Positions 12,070-25,144 of a stretch of DNA of 64,000 nucleotides are shown in pieces. The notes under the pieces are model-generated. The model saw only the letters and a list, made by a program, of their open reading frames with translations, had not been told where the DNA came from and ran no database searches. This stretch comes from Octopus vulgaris. Lineage: Eukaryota. Position numbers and translations under genes: made by a program. The stretch is from contig OX597827.1 in NCBI GenBank assembly GCA_951406725.2, forward strand, positions 73,780,001 to 73,844,000. Reading direction: 5' to 3'. Each line of letters begins with the position of its first letter. Position 1 is the first letter of the stretch.

Positions 12070-15000
12070 TACTTCTCGGAACTTTCGGTCTTGTTTGTTC
12101 TGGTATCTTCTGTGAGAGTGGATAGCAGCCTGCTGTCAGAGGTGTCACAGGGTCCCTTTCCACACATTTAAGTTGTGGTACTTAATTGTTAACTATCGTG
12201 GGAGAATTTAACATCCTAGTACCACAGTTTAAATGAGCGGTGTTTGGGGATTGCTCTGCTCTCATCTCAATTTCGATTTCTTTGACATGTTTCTCAAACT
12301 TGGTTGGTAGTGCTCCGAGTGCCCCTACAAATATTGTAATGAGAGACACTCTCTTCATAGTCTACATTCTTGAAGTTTCGTCTGTTCGTAGTCTGTAGTT
12401 TTCAATCTTTTCTAGTTCTACGTCATTTATGAATGCATCTTCAGGTATTGCAATATCTATAACCTTGGTTTCCTTTTTTCCTTTATCTACCACAACAATA
12501 TCTAATCTCCGAGGCTCAATTAGGGAGTCACATTGGATTATAAAATTTCCCAGTATCTTATGTCCATTGTTCTCGGTGGTGACTCCTTCTGGTACATGTT
12601 CGTACCATTTCCGTACTCTGTTCAGGCCTTATTTTCACATCTCCTCCAGCGGACGAACTTAGCTACATTATCGTGCCTCCAGTTGTAGTGCTTTTCGGTC
12701 AGCTTGCTAAACTAACTCACAATATGTGAGATTGTTTCTTTTCTGCTGCTACACATCCTACAAAAGAGGCGATTCGCTAATCTTATATATTTGGAACTTG
12801 ATGTAATTAGTTCTCAGAGCTTGTTCAAGGGTGATGCATATTAAGGTGGAGTGAAAAATGCAACTTTCGGAATAGGTAATCAAGAATCGATATTTTGTTC
12901 TGAATTAGGGTTAAAAGAAAAGCGGAAAAGCGTATAAAGAACTTTGCGGTTAAATATTGTTTTCAGGCTCCGTAACGCAATTGAAAATTTTTAAAAAATC
13001 GCATTATTTGGTATAATTTTGGATTTCATAGATTACAAGTCGCAACGAATACATATTTCTACATAGCTGAATGCAAAACAGTAAATATTGTATCCTTAAG
13101 AGGTTGCATACCAAGTTTCAATACAATTGAATAATCTTTTGATGTTCTTTGACTATAAAGAGAACGGGAGTGTGAACTTCTCTTCAGTGCCGCTGCAACG
13201 GTCCTTGCGTGTGGACGTAGGTCGTACGTGTGTGAAGTTTTCTGCTTTGTACCTTGACTTTAGGCCATTCTGTTAAAATTGATGATCATGTGAAATTCAG
13301 TGTATTTTACATTTAGTGATGACTCATATGCCAATAACGCGTCATTATACTGAATGCCCAATATTTGTTACTCCATGTGATCTTAGCGAGCGAGTTTTGC
13401 TAACTTAGAAAGAAGTACTAAAATGTGTTTTATTTGAACTAGAAAACGAAAAGAATGTAGTTAAGAAAGCTCCTTGTATTAAATAAATTGTCAAGATTGT
13501 AGCAGCAAAAATCATTCTTCTTTGGCAAAAGGCATCTATCCTTTAAGTTACGATTGAGTCAGTTAAGCCGAAAATCTTAAACATTTATCAAGCATTACTG
13601 CAATCTGTGAAAAGTAGGAAAAAATGTGCCATCGTAAAGTCGTAATTTTAAGAATATCAGATTTTAACACAACTGTTTTAATGGATGGATTTCGTAATAA
13701 AAGTATGTTTCAAAAATCTGTGCAAAAAGTAATTGTTTCGCTGCACCTTGCTGCAGATCACTTTTCCTTAACCATCTCTAAGGGTGGATCTTTTTTTTCT
13801 TTCGATTTCCCTGAAGTATTGCCCATGTGGTTGTTACATTTTCCAGTTGTTTACACTTTCTTCTTCATCTTGCTTCATAAATTTTCGGTAGGTATTATAT
13901 TGTTAATTCTAACAGCGGCAAGCAAGAATTCACTTTGCTGATTGATGTACCATCCCATCTCGTTGATAACACAGGTCTTGTATCCTATAAGACCTCTTCC
14001 TTCCGTTTCTAGGCACATACACTCTGTCATTATTGCTTTTGGGGTATAGTTCCTTGTTGTCATCACTTTCCTGGTTTTACTGTCTATTTCATCAAGATCA
14101 TTCTTTATCCACCTAACATCACCTGAGCCGTATCTCTTTGTGCCTTATGTTCATTACCCCGATTTTAATTTTTTCCATTGAGTCTACTTTCCATAATTAA
14201 TTTGAGATATTCTTACCTAAAGCTTTCCTTCATTTCACTTTCCTTGATTTTGTTGTATTTTAAAATCCCCGGATTATTTATAGCCATTAGTATCAATATC
14301 ATTTTCTTGCCGGTGGGTAGTTCTACATCATCAGACGGATTACATGCCTCTTTGCATTATAAGCATACCATACTTTTTAGCCCCAAATTCCATTCCGATA
14401 TCCTTACTGAATATCTGCGCCGTTGAAACTAGGTCGTTTATTTGACGTTCGGTCTTTCCAAAGATCTTTAAATCATCCATATATATAACAGATGATTTAA
14501 TTTTCCTCCCCTTTAAAGGTGTATCCTGATGTCACTTACCATAGTATCTATGTGAAGGGTATCACACAAATCACAAAAAGGGATGATGGTAGGTCATCTC
14601 CTTGAAATATGCCTCTCTTGACGTTACCCGTCGCCAAACGTTTTCCACATGAAGTTAACTTTTCATTCCAGTTTTCCTTGACCTCCTAATATAATTTGAT
14701 ATATTATCAGACACCTGTAGTAGTTCAAGACTTTCTAAAATCTAGGAATGGGGGACCATGTCATACGCTTTCGTATACTCAATCCACACCATGCCCAGAT
14801 TAGTAAGTCTTTTCTTGCAGTCGCTCAGTACCATTCTATCTATCAGAAGTTAGTTCTTTGTCTCTCGGCTTTTCCTTCTGCATCCTTTCTGCTCCACTGG
14901 CATTTTGTCATTCATTTCCATGCAGTTATGCACATAATTAGATATAATTCCTGTCATCTGCGTCCTCACCAGGGGCAGACAGGTAACTATCAACTGCATT

Positions 15001-16450
15001 GCTTTTTCTGGGATCCTTTTGGCAAAGAATTGTTTTACATTTGGTCAGCCACTTTGGGATTTGTACACCGTTGTTGATCATCTTATCCATTTGCATGGCT
15101 ACTCTTCTGTGTAGTGCTGGGAAATTTTGCAGCCAATATCTTTGTTTCCCATCTAGTCCTGGGCACTTCCAGTTTGGGATCTTTGTTGTCTGTCCGGTTA
15201 CCGTTTCAGTCGTTATTCTTATAGTGCTGCTTCACTTCATATTTTTCCGACCTTAATTCCTTCAACCATTTAGCAACTTTGTTATGATTTCTTCCATTAT
15301 CCCAGATGTTACTCTAAGACCTTTTACTTTCTTCAGCGTCTGGTCTTTCACTGCTGTAAACCTTTCCATTCAGCTGTTGATAAACCCTTTTCTCTCCCGT
15401 TGGAACGATCTGTTGATTTTATATTGTTCAATTCTTTGGTCATATCTCTTGATCTTTGTTGCTTTAGCCTGCAATCTTAGTTCCAGCTCTTCAAGGACTT
15501 CGTTTAGCTCCTTTTTCTTTATCCTATATCTATGCTTTAGCTTCTCATATTTCTTTTCCCTCTTGATTTCACTTTTGTTTTTCTTTCGTTACAAGATGTT
15601 GATATTTCTTCACAGTTCGTTCATTGATTATTTTATTCTTCTTTTCCACCAATGTTCTTTTCCTTCGTTCCCACATTTACGGTTTGGTTCGAGGCCTACT
15701 GAATTTCCTATATAGATGATGCAAGCTTTAATCAATATATTCATTCCGGTTATATTATTTGTCTTGATTTCTTTCAGTATTTTATTCACCTTAAGGGTCC
15801 ACCGTCTGAGCAAATTTCTATCTACATTCCTGAATCCACTTATTTCTATATCCAGGTTTTCCTCAATGATACTGGTAATTTCTTCAATCATTCTCTTGCC
15901 TTCATTATTTAGTCTTTCTCTACACTCAGGGCTGGAAACATTATACTTCTCTCGGTTACTCTCATTAAGTGCAGCATCGTCAGCATTCTTTGTATCTACT
16001 TTTGCATCGCTCCCCATGTTTTTGGTTATCACCCACCTCCTAATCTCATCAAGCTCTAGTACTGTCAGCCATCCTTTCATTTCATTGCTTTTGCATGGTC
16101 ACAGAGTCTCTGTTTCGTAATGTTGACCCCTGCTTCTCCATCCATAATTTATGCACTCTTTTTCTATATCCTCTGATGGAGCTCCCTTCATTATCAGTAG
16201 GTCTATTAAAAAAATAACATTCCATGAAGTCTATATTCATCGTCTTAGACCATTTTGTTCCAGCAAACGTATAATGACGACCGGTTCTGTGTTGCTCACT
16301 CACAGGGCACCTGCTGGGCGAAATTCCGTCACTTGTATTTCCGTCCTCATTTACATTTTTGTTTAGGTTAATTCTATTACACACTCTCATGCAGAGGAAA
16401 GTCTTGATAACGTGTCGCAACCAGCAGTATTTTTATTGAGACACCATCTC
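12070..16450 (-). mobile_element. Near full-length degenerate R4/Dong-like (restriction-like endonuclease) LINE
   Basis: N-terminal KWSKTMN..FMECYF..RGYRKR; RT EQKGCRRK..LLID..WIEYTKAYDMVPHS; C-terminal ETISHIVS..RHDNVA and RRLDIVVVDK..IDIAIP. Interrupted at 12845-13747. Confidence 0.85.
12845..13747 (+). mobile_element. Internally deleted DNA transposon nested in the LINE (superfamily uncertain)
   Basis: Imperfect TIRs (aa)GGTGGAGTGAAA / (aa)GGTGCAGCGAAA, TTAA at the left end, decayed ORF CPIFVTPCDLSERVL...ILLWQKASI. The LINE reading frame resumes across it. Confidence 0.65.
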
Positions 16451-16859
16451 TAGAGGGGCTTGTATAAAAAGACTAAAAGTGGCTCTTCTTCCCTTAGAAG
16501 TTTAAGTAGGCTATCCTGCTCTGGACACTAAACCCAGTATTCAGTGCTCCGCAGCTGATATTATCATCATCATCATCATTATTATTATTAAGGATAAATA
16601 CAATAATCTAGTAAACTTATGTTATTGAACTATTATATAGCATTCAATAAGCTGATTGGTAATCATAACTTACAACTACCTATAACTCTATTATCATTGG
16701 CCTTTCATTCCTCACATTCTCTAACAAATGCGGTTTAATCTATTCGGTTTTAATCAAACTCTAACAAATGCGACTTAACCAAACCAGAAAATATAACCTA
16801 AGCATTTTCCTTCGGCTTTGATTCACATTATGTTCATTATTTCTGTTTTCATATTATAG

Positions 16860-17011
16860 TCGAGGATCGAAGAATATGAGATCAGTCACTTCCTGGTTAC
16901 CATATGGGTGGATGAAAATTATCCATCATGTGCCGATGTTTTAAAACTAAGTAACATGCTAAGAACCCATCAAAACGAGCAGTTCAATAAAAAATTTGCC
17001 ATACACTCAAG
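16860..17011 (+). CDS. RPTP exon with WPD-loop equivalent (SRIEEYEISHFLVTIWVDENYPSCADVLKLSNMLRTHQNEQFNKKFAIHS)
   Basis: tatag acceptor, AG|gtaagt donor, 152 nt, phase 0-2. HF...WVD and AIHS correspond to HF...WPD and VVHC, with the typical RPTP intron position inside HCS. Confidence 0.9.
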
Positions 17012-18117
17012 GTAAGTAAGAATATTGATTAATTGTTGCAAATGCAGTTATACGACCCCATAAAAGAACATCGAAAGATTACACCCAATGTGGCAGGTAT
17101 AAGTATGATATTTCTTTTTTGTTTCAGCTCAGAGCTGCGGTCATGCTGATGCACCGCCGTTAAAAAAAACAATCTGTCATGCAAGGTAACCTATATACCA
17201 ATTATAGAATGTAGTCGATATATAGATTATACGAGGGGACATATAGAAAAATGACGGACATGCCTAAGTATACGAACCTCGTCTACGTCGTTATTTATCA
17301 GCTTGTCCATGTGGCTCTCTATAAGACTCTCTGGCCGTTTCTGTGATTGTTTACTTGCCTATTATGCTTGTTTCTTGCAGTTACAAACATTTGCCAAACC
17401 AACTGTCACAAACTTTATCCATTGAGCTTCTCTTTTCTCCTCATTTTAAGGAAAATTACAATTAAGCAAAATTCTCTGCAATCATAATGAAATACATTGG
17501 AAGTTATGTATTATGTGTCATTTGGATGGCGTCCCTAGGTAGTTTGCCTCAGTCATTATACTGAATTGTCACCCCAATAGGTGTACATTTTTTAAAGATA
17601 TAGTTATTCAATACCCTTAGTTCTGAAAATATCTTCGTTTCTCTAAGCAGGTCTAACTATATTGAAACATGTCCAGAGTTACTATTATGAAGTCCAAAGA
17701 TCAGATTCAAATATGATATTAAGAATGAGATATTCCCAGGTTCTAAATTTTCCCAAGACGCCTGATGAAGTCTGGAGGATGTATCAGCCGAAACGTTGTG
17801 TTAACAACAAACAAGATTAGGACAAATATCCGTGAAATGTAAATAATGAAAATAATGTATAATATCAGCCCCTCACTTTATATTTTCATCTTCGTATTGC
17901 ACATAGAATTTCAGTTAATTGAATTTTGAAGTAGTCAACACTTTGCCATGAACGGATTCTGTTAACGTTAGGCATAATGCCTATCCTTTCTTCAGTTCAT
18001 TACCACGATCATTTTAATTGATTTCCTTTGCGCTCTATATTAAATGCTTTGCACTCAGGTATGTATATACCTGTCAATTTGTCCGCCTGACTGACATTAT
18101 ATATTAATCTATTAAGC

Positions 18118-18252
<135 letters not shown>

Positions 18253-18691
18253 GACGAAGGGCACGATTCGATTGTAAGATATCTTATTATTTGAACGATA
18301 TTTCAACAGTAAGTCTGTCTTTGTCATGTTCAAAATAGGAAGTGATAAAAATTAAAATTACAGAAATTTAAACGTTAAGTATGAATGAGAGCAACCAGCG
18401 TCCACACATGGATGGAAGGACATCATCAGTTTTTAAGTTACAATTTTATAACAGGCGAAAAGAAAAAGACAGAAAAAAAAGACGACAGAAGAAAAGGAAA
18501 GAAAAAGAGAGGAAGAAGAATATTTAATCAAACATTTTTGTATAAATTTGATGATATTCTGTCATCTTATTCATTCTTCTAAGGCGTGATGTTAATAACC
18601 CGCGAACATATTTCTCCTCATACATTCTGAGAAGTGAAAATAAAACAGATTCAGAATATTTTCTGAGAATATGCACTTTCGAGTCTTCTTA

Positions 18692-18901
18692 GATCGACCC
18701 CAGTGTTTCACTGGCACTTAATTTATCGGCCCAGAGAGGATGAAAGACAAAGTGGACCATGGAAGAATATGAACTCAGAGCAGACAAATGGACGCAATGC
18801 CGTTAAGCATTTAACCCGGCACGCTAAGGATTCTGCCAGTCCGCTGCTTACTACTACTACTACAACAACAACTACTACTACTACTACTACTACTATTACT
18901 A

Positions 18902-18978
<77 letters not shown>

Positions 18979-19013
18979 ACTACTACTACTACTACTAATA
19001 ATAATAATAATAA

Positions 19014-19044
<31 letters not shown>

Positions 19045-19495
19045 AAGAAGAACGGTTTCAAATTTCGCCACAAGGGCAGCCATTTTGGGGAGGAGATAAG
19101 TGGATTACATCAACCACAGTGTTTCACAGACACTTAATTTATCATCTCTGAAAGGATGAAAGGCAAAGTCAACCTCTGTGGAATTTGAACTCAGAACGTA
19201 AAGGCAGACGAAATGCCGCTAAGCATTTTACCCGGCATGTTAACGTTTCTGCTAACTCGTTGCCTTAAAACTTATAATAATCCTTTCTACTATGGGCACA
19301 AAGTCTGGAATTTTGAACGCGGGGGTCTAGTCGGCTACGTCGACCCCAGTACTCAATTGGTACTTAATTTATCGACCCCGAAAGGAGGAAAAGCAAAGTC
19401 GACCTCGGCGGAATTTGAACTCAAAACGCAGCGGCAGACGAAATATCGCTAGCATTTCATCCGGCGTGCTAACGATTCTGCCAGCTCTCCACCTT
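18692..19495 (-). mobile_element. Three head-to-tail tRNA-derived SINE copies around a compound trinucleotide repeat (18850-19050)
   Basis: Repeated tcgaccccag...ttaatttatcgacccc..aaaggatgaaaggcaaagtcgacctcggcggaatttgaactcagaacg...gctaacgattctgccagctc units. Confidence 0.85.
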
Positions 19496-19687
19496 AAAAC
19501 TAATAATAATGTCTCTTTTTTTGGAGTAAATATTGAAAATTTTTTTACGGAACATTTACACATAATGTCAAAAAATTCCATGTTCATATCACTGAAATAA
19601 TTGAATGTTGGTAAGAAATTTTGTCAGAAATCATATTTTTAGTAAGATCTATTATTCACATATTTCTCCTCTTTTTTTCATGTAAAG

Positions 19688-19823
19688 TGACAAGTTTCAC
19701 AAAAGTGGTTTGCTGTGCATCATTCACATTTTAAAAGATGCAATAACCAGTCAGTCAGTAATCAACATAGTACGGTTAGTTCGACTGATCAAGAAAATAG
19801 AACCAAATATTATACCTGACTGT
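19688..19823 (+). CDS. RPTP exon with P-loop remainder (SDKFHKSGLLCIIHILKDAITSQSVINIVRLVRLIKKIEPNIIPDC)
   Basis: aaag acceptor after a T-rich tract, gtaagt donor, 136 nt, phase 2-0. Corresponds to SAGxGRSG...VDV...VxxxRxxRPxxV. Confidence 0.9.
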
Positions 19824-20510
19824 GTAAGTATAGCAACATTTTTTCTCACTTTTATGTGCTTCAACCAAGTCTTTACTAAATATCAGGGATAAATATCCGT
19901 CGTTCAAATTTTTACAGTTATTTTAACACTTTTCTGAAAATTGTTTCGAAGATCATCGATATGCTAACGAATATTTGGTTAAGTATCAGATGATTTCTTT
20001 CATTAACCTACACTGGAAACTTACGGAGTACTGAATTGCACATATGTGGATGGATTTGATTAGTAGACTTCAGTATTGAAAGGAGTGAAACATTTCCCTT
20101 GTTACTCTAGAAAATTTTAAACCTCGAGTAACGCTATTATCTTGACATATTACATATCTAAACTTCTGGAGAAATTGCATTAGAGTTAATGGTAGGTAAA
20201 TGTTTCTCTCAATTTAGATAAACATATTCAGCAGTGTACCAATGGAATTTATTCTTATTTAATAATATTCAGTCGGTAACATACAGTAACCAGTAGGTGA
20301 CCATAGGGTTAAGAAATTTACATAAAACTATATGAAATTTATATATTATTGTTATTTTAATCTTGACATTAGTGAAAATGAATAAAAACATTGCAAAGGA
20401 TACGGTAAAACAAATAATTAGGTATTAAGTGATTTCAATTCATTTCATTCATATATTTACTAATTTAATAACCATTTCATTCATGTATTTAATAATTCTT
20501 TCTTTGGCAG

Positions 20511-20588
20511 GAGTCCTACGCTTACATTTGGGAAGTTGCTGAATACTTGCAAAAAGAATCGATTTTATACTCAAATTTCGTACAGTGA
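20511..20588 (+). CDS. Terminal RPTP exon (ESYAYIWEVAEYLQKESILYSNFVQ*)
   Basis: tctttggcag acceptor. Matches the EQYxFxYxxxxEYL final helix, followed by a YSNF tail and TGA. Confidence 0.9.
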   Translation, partial: ESYAYIWEVAEYLQKESILYSNFVQ

Positions 20589-20759
20589 TACATGGGTGGA
20601 TGGTGTGAATGTTTTTATAGTACCCACATTATAGATGTTACATGGTATGAGTTAAGCGGCGATGTATGCAAAAAAATTATTTCCTTTTTGGATAAAGAAA
20701 ACCAAAGGTTAGCGGCAATTGCTTGTATCTCTCAAAGGGAATGGAAACATTTTCAAGAA

Positions 20760-20889
20760 ACTGGTAGTTAAATTATTGACCCTGAGACAAAGTCAACCCT
20801 GACGGAATTTGAACTCAGAACGTAGCGGCAGACGAAATGCCGTTAAGCATTTGGTCCGGCGTGCTACGATTCTGCCAGCTCGCTGCCTT
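20760..20889 (-). mobile_element. tRNA-derived SINE in the presumed RPTP 3' UTR (antisense)
   Basis: Same consensus as 19380-19495. Confidence 0.8.
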
Positions 20890-22815
20890 AAAACTAATAA
20901 TAATGTTAAAAGGAAACATCGTCTCACCTTTTGTTGAAGTAAATATTGAAAATTCATCTTTGTTTGCACATACAGGCCAACTATGTGACATAGTTCTGTG
21001 ATAATACATTATGCTAATTACAATGACCAAAATTTATCCGGTACAGCCTTAAAAAATTGCACTGAATTTATGGTTTTTGAAAAGCCAAAAGATGTTTATT
21101 CTTGCTTACAGATAACCGTTTATTTTTCTCTCCCCTAGAGAAGTCAATTAACTTTGAAATATTAAAATTAATTTCTTGAAATGATTTTCTTTTTCGATTG
21201 AGACTTCGCAACAATTGCTGATAAATTCTTTTTTCTCTGTCTCCAACTGGGAAGAAAATTTCATTGAATAATTAATCTTTTCCTTTTTCTTGTGTATGTG
21301 TACGACATTCAGTAAATCGTCGCTTAACTTCGGGTCATTTACCCTTTTGAGTTATTTCCCTTATCCCAATTTTTAAAAAGAATTTATATCTCACAGCATA
21401 TATTTTTACTTATTTGATTTCTTACAGTCAGCCTCTCTTTTCTTCTCACCATTTTTTAATATTTTCTTCTTTATATCTCTCAATACGTTTTTTCTATTTT
21501 CTTTATTCTTACTTTTTTTACTTAATATATTTAATCAACATATTCGGGCTTTTAATTTTTATTAATACCATATAACGCATGACACAGAAATTCAGGCAGT
21601 AACCTTCAATTATTGCGAAACAGAGACAAGAAACTAATTCGTTTATAACTGCTATCTTCTTAATTGCAATACCACCACTATCATCTCAATTCATTTACCA
21701 TATCACTTGCCTCGATTCGTATACGGTTGGTGGCTTCTTTCATATACTGTTGCTGCCATTTCAGTTAACGGTGTCCTTCAGTTCAAAGACCACTGGTGTC
21801 TTCCTATTTCATATACCATGGTGCCCTGACTATTGAAACATTACAGCTATCATATCAATACGTATAAAATTGTTGTATTCTCTATCCAAACACCCTTGAT
21901 ATCTATCGCATTTATATACAGTTTGTATTCTCTCCGATTAGATTCATATCCCAAGCGTTCTTCAAAAGTCATATGCTGAGTATTTTTCTCTCAGATCATA
22001 CACGTCAAATGTTGCTCTGTCTTTATCGCTAATGTCTTCTCCATTCATTTACAACCATTGCTTTCTCGATTCATAGACATGAAGTTGGTGTCAATATCGT
22101 TGTTTATATCATGAAAAAAATAGCCAATAATATCTTAATTCAGTCACCTACATTTTGCTTGGTACTCACAAGAAATCTTCCGTAATATCAGCATTAATGA
22201 CCAACATTGTCTATATGTTAAAAGCAATATAATTGTGTAATCTTTTTTGTAATCTGTATCAATAAAGATATAATTATAAACTCTGTCCACTCATACAAAA
22301 TAATAAAATTATCTATTTCTATAAAAGTCGATGTTTGTCTTTTGTCTTGAAACATCATTATACAGTAGAATAACGCAAATGGTAAAACAAATTATTCAAG
22401 AAAACAAATGATGAAAGACTGATAATAGTAATGGAATAGTAATCTCTCCTGTTCTCTCACCATCTAACACTATTATTCTCAGCAAACCCCACCACATGTA
22501 CATTTGTTCCGTTCATCTACCTTACAGCATTGTATAAGCAGTATATATTGCAATAATATTGTAATAAAAAATTTCTTTCGTTTAGGAAAACAGTTTTACA
22601 TAGCAAACATATACGCATAGAAGGATGGTGAAATAGAAATGTGCTTTACGATCTAAATGGGTTATGTAGCTTTAAGTTGAAGTTCAATTTTCCCCAGATT
22701 TTATCAACAATACTAGGCGATTGATAAAATGTGTATATGTAATAATCTTAAAACTAAAGTGACTTAGCTATTGTAAGTGGAGTGGTATTTTCCGGGAAAT
22801 AGTCGACAAAAAAGG

Positions 22816-22847
<32 letters not shown>

Positions 22848-23044
22848 AGGAATGAGAGTGGATGAGACGTTATAATGAAGAGGTTATTGACATTTACTTC
22901 TATTGTCTTTCAGACATTTGAAATATGTATGGCAAGTGGCTAATTTCCTATATTAAAAGGTAATTCTTTAGTGGGATTAGACACAGTGAAAATAAAGGAA
23001 AAAATAAGGAATAAAGAAAGACGGTTTTATGTGGGCAGAGTGCG

Positions 23045-23780
23045 TTAGGTTGTTCCGAAAATAATGGCCGATTTCAGAAAAATAATTTTATTCTAGGAAA
23101 ATTAACAATAGAAATGTTTTGATTGGCCAAAGTTTGAGCTGTGAACATGTATGCATCTCTGCTATCGATCAACGAGATAGTTTATGCCTCGATGAGAAAA
23201 ACTTATCGGCTTCGATGCTAAGAAAACTTTGAAAGGTGATTCCACCTATGGTTTGGACCTGAAAGTTTTATCACTTAAAAACATGTTTAAATGCTTTAAA
23301 ATATAGTAGCCAGTGGGTGAAAGATCAGGAGAATACGAAGGATATGGTAAGGTCTCGTATCCCAAGTCTGCGAGTTTCTGCAGCGTCATTCTTGCAACAT
23401 GTGGTTTTGCATTATTGCAGAGCAGAATTGGGCGACGCCGATTCACCATTGCAGGTCTCACTTTTTGCAAGTGAGCATGCATTTCAGCGAGTTGATTACT
23501 GTAAATCTCTGCTGTAATGCTTTGATTTGCTTCCAGAAAGCTGTAATGGACAACACCAATTGCAGACCACGAGACAGTCACCATAATATTTTGCTGATCC
23601 AAGTTTGGCTTTGGGAAATGTTTGGGGGATTCATCACGATCAAAACATTGACCTGATCATTTACAGTTATCATAAAGGATCTACTTTTCGTTACAAGTAT
23701 CTATTCGATCAAGAAAACGATCATTGGTGATTCGCAGAAAGAGTACCGAATACAATTCAAAACACCGAACTTTTACCTTT
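23045..23780 (-). mobile_element. Mariner transposon remnant
   Basis: TIR-like ttaggttgttccgaaaataatggccgattt; MVTVSWS..GVVHYSFL, LLCNNAKPH, YSPDLSPTGY motifs. Confidence 0.9.
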
Positions 23781-25144
23781 TTGAAAATTAGCACATTTTC
23801 AACAGTTTTCATATAAAATTGACAGAAGTAGTTAAGGTTAATCCTAGGCGTTAAGTGTCACTGATGAGGGCTAAGATGGTCTACACCAAAATCCGAAATT
23901 GTCGATCCGTCTATATACGCTTATCTCCCTTCGTCAGTCATTTTGATAGTATTTTCTGACTCTTGAGTTGTTTTAACTGGTATTTCTATCAATAGTGATG
24001 CTAGTCAGCATCCTCTGTCACTTTTGTAACCTCTATTAATACGCATATACACACGTACATGCACACACATACACACACACACACATATACACGGCACATT
24101 TTCAAGAAATGAAAAATCAGGAGTTTGAGGGACCTGCCCACCCCTTTCAGAAGTGGATTAAAGAAATTTTTTAAAGTGTACAGTGCTACGTATATGAAGA
24201 CTTGCTATGATAAAAAGTACAAAATATGTCAAAGATTGAAGAGAAGTATCAGGGAAGAAATATATATTCTAGAAATTGAGGTAGAATGGTAAATGCAGGA
24301 TCCAAGACAATTAGAGAAAGAGGAAAGGAAACAGAACGCAAAGAGAAAAGCGAACACAATTTTCTCTTCATCTGATTGGTCAATTCGTGAGGAGGGGTTG
24401 ATAGAGTGAGGAGACATTATAAAGAGAACAACTTGTATGTGAGTATACCTCTGTGTGAGGATTGAGTGAGCGGGGAAGAGAGAGATAGAGAAAGAGAGCA
24501 AAAAAACGATGTTGCCATTATATCCACACAAATCAGACGGACATAAAACTCGAATATATCAATAGACACACGCACTTTCGCGCACGCAAGCATACACACA
24601 AACACACAAATGTATAAAAATAAGCTCGCAACGCCGCCTACTCTGACTGTGAGGTGCATGCATTTCTAGAAACAGGACAGGGCGTGATGCGACCTAATAA
24701 GAGTGATTGCTTCTCTTATGATATTACAGTCATCGTATAATAACTAAGTAGTGGTGATCCCAAAACGAAGGTGCGCGTGCGTGGGTATAAGAGAGTTTGT
24801 ATATGTGTGTGGACGAGGGCTGGTGATCTTGACGTTTGCGTGTGCGTATGTGTAGGTGTGAAAATGTGGTCTGGGAAGTGTTTAGTGGTGATGTGTGGTA
24901 TGGTAGTGTAAGGTGTAGTAGTGTGTGGTGTGATGTGATGGTACTGGGAGGTGGGGAGAACAAGAGTGGGGAAAGCAAGGATGGGGGTAGAGGTGGGGTA
25001 TGTGGGAGTGGGTTAAGGGATGGGGTGGGGTGGGATGGGGAAGGATATGGAAGGGGTTTAGATTGAGAGGGGAGGAGAATTAAGGCACACACACATGCAT
25101 ACACACACACACACACACACAAACACAAACACATATATATACAA

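Noticed and set aside
18703-19137. ORF with poly-Thr/Ala/Asn/Lys runs
   Set aside because: It is made of SINE sequence plus trinucleotide repeats inside an intron.
23246-23602. SETMAR-like gene
   Set aside because: Only a decayed mariner transposase fragment with a TIR; no SET domain or exons.
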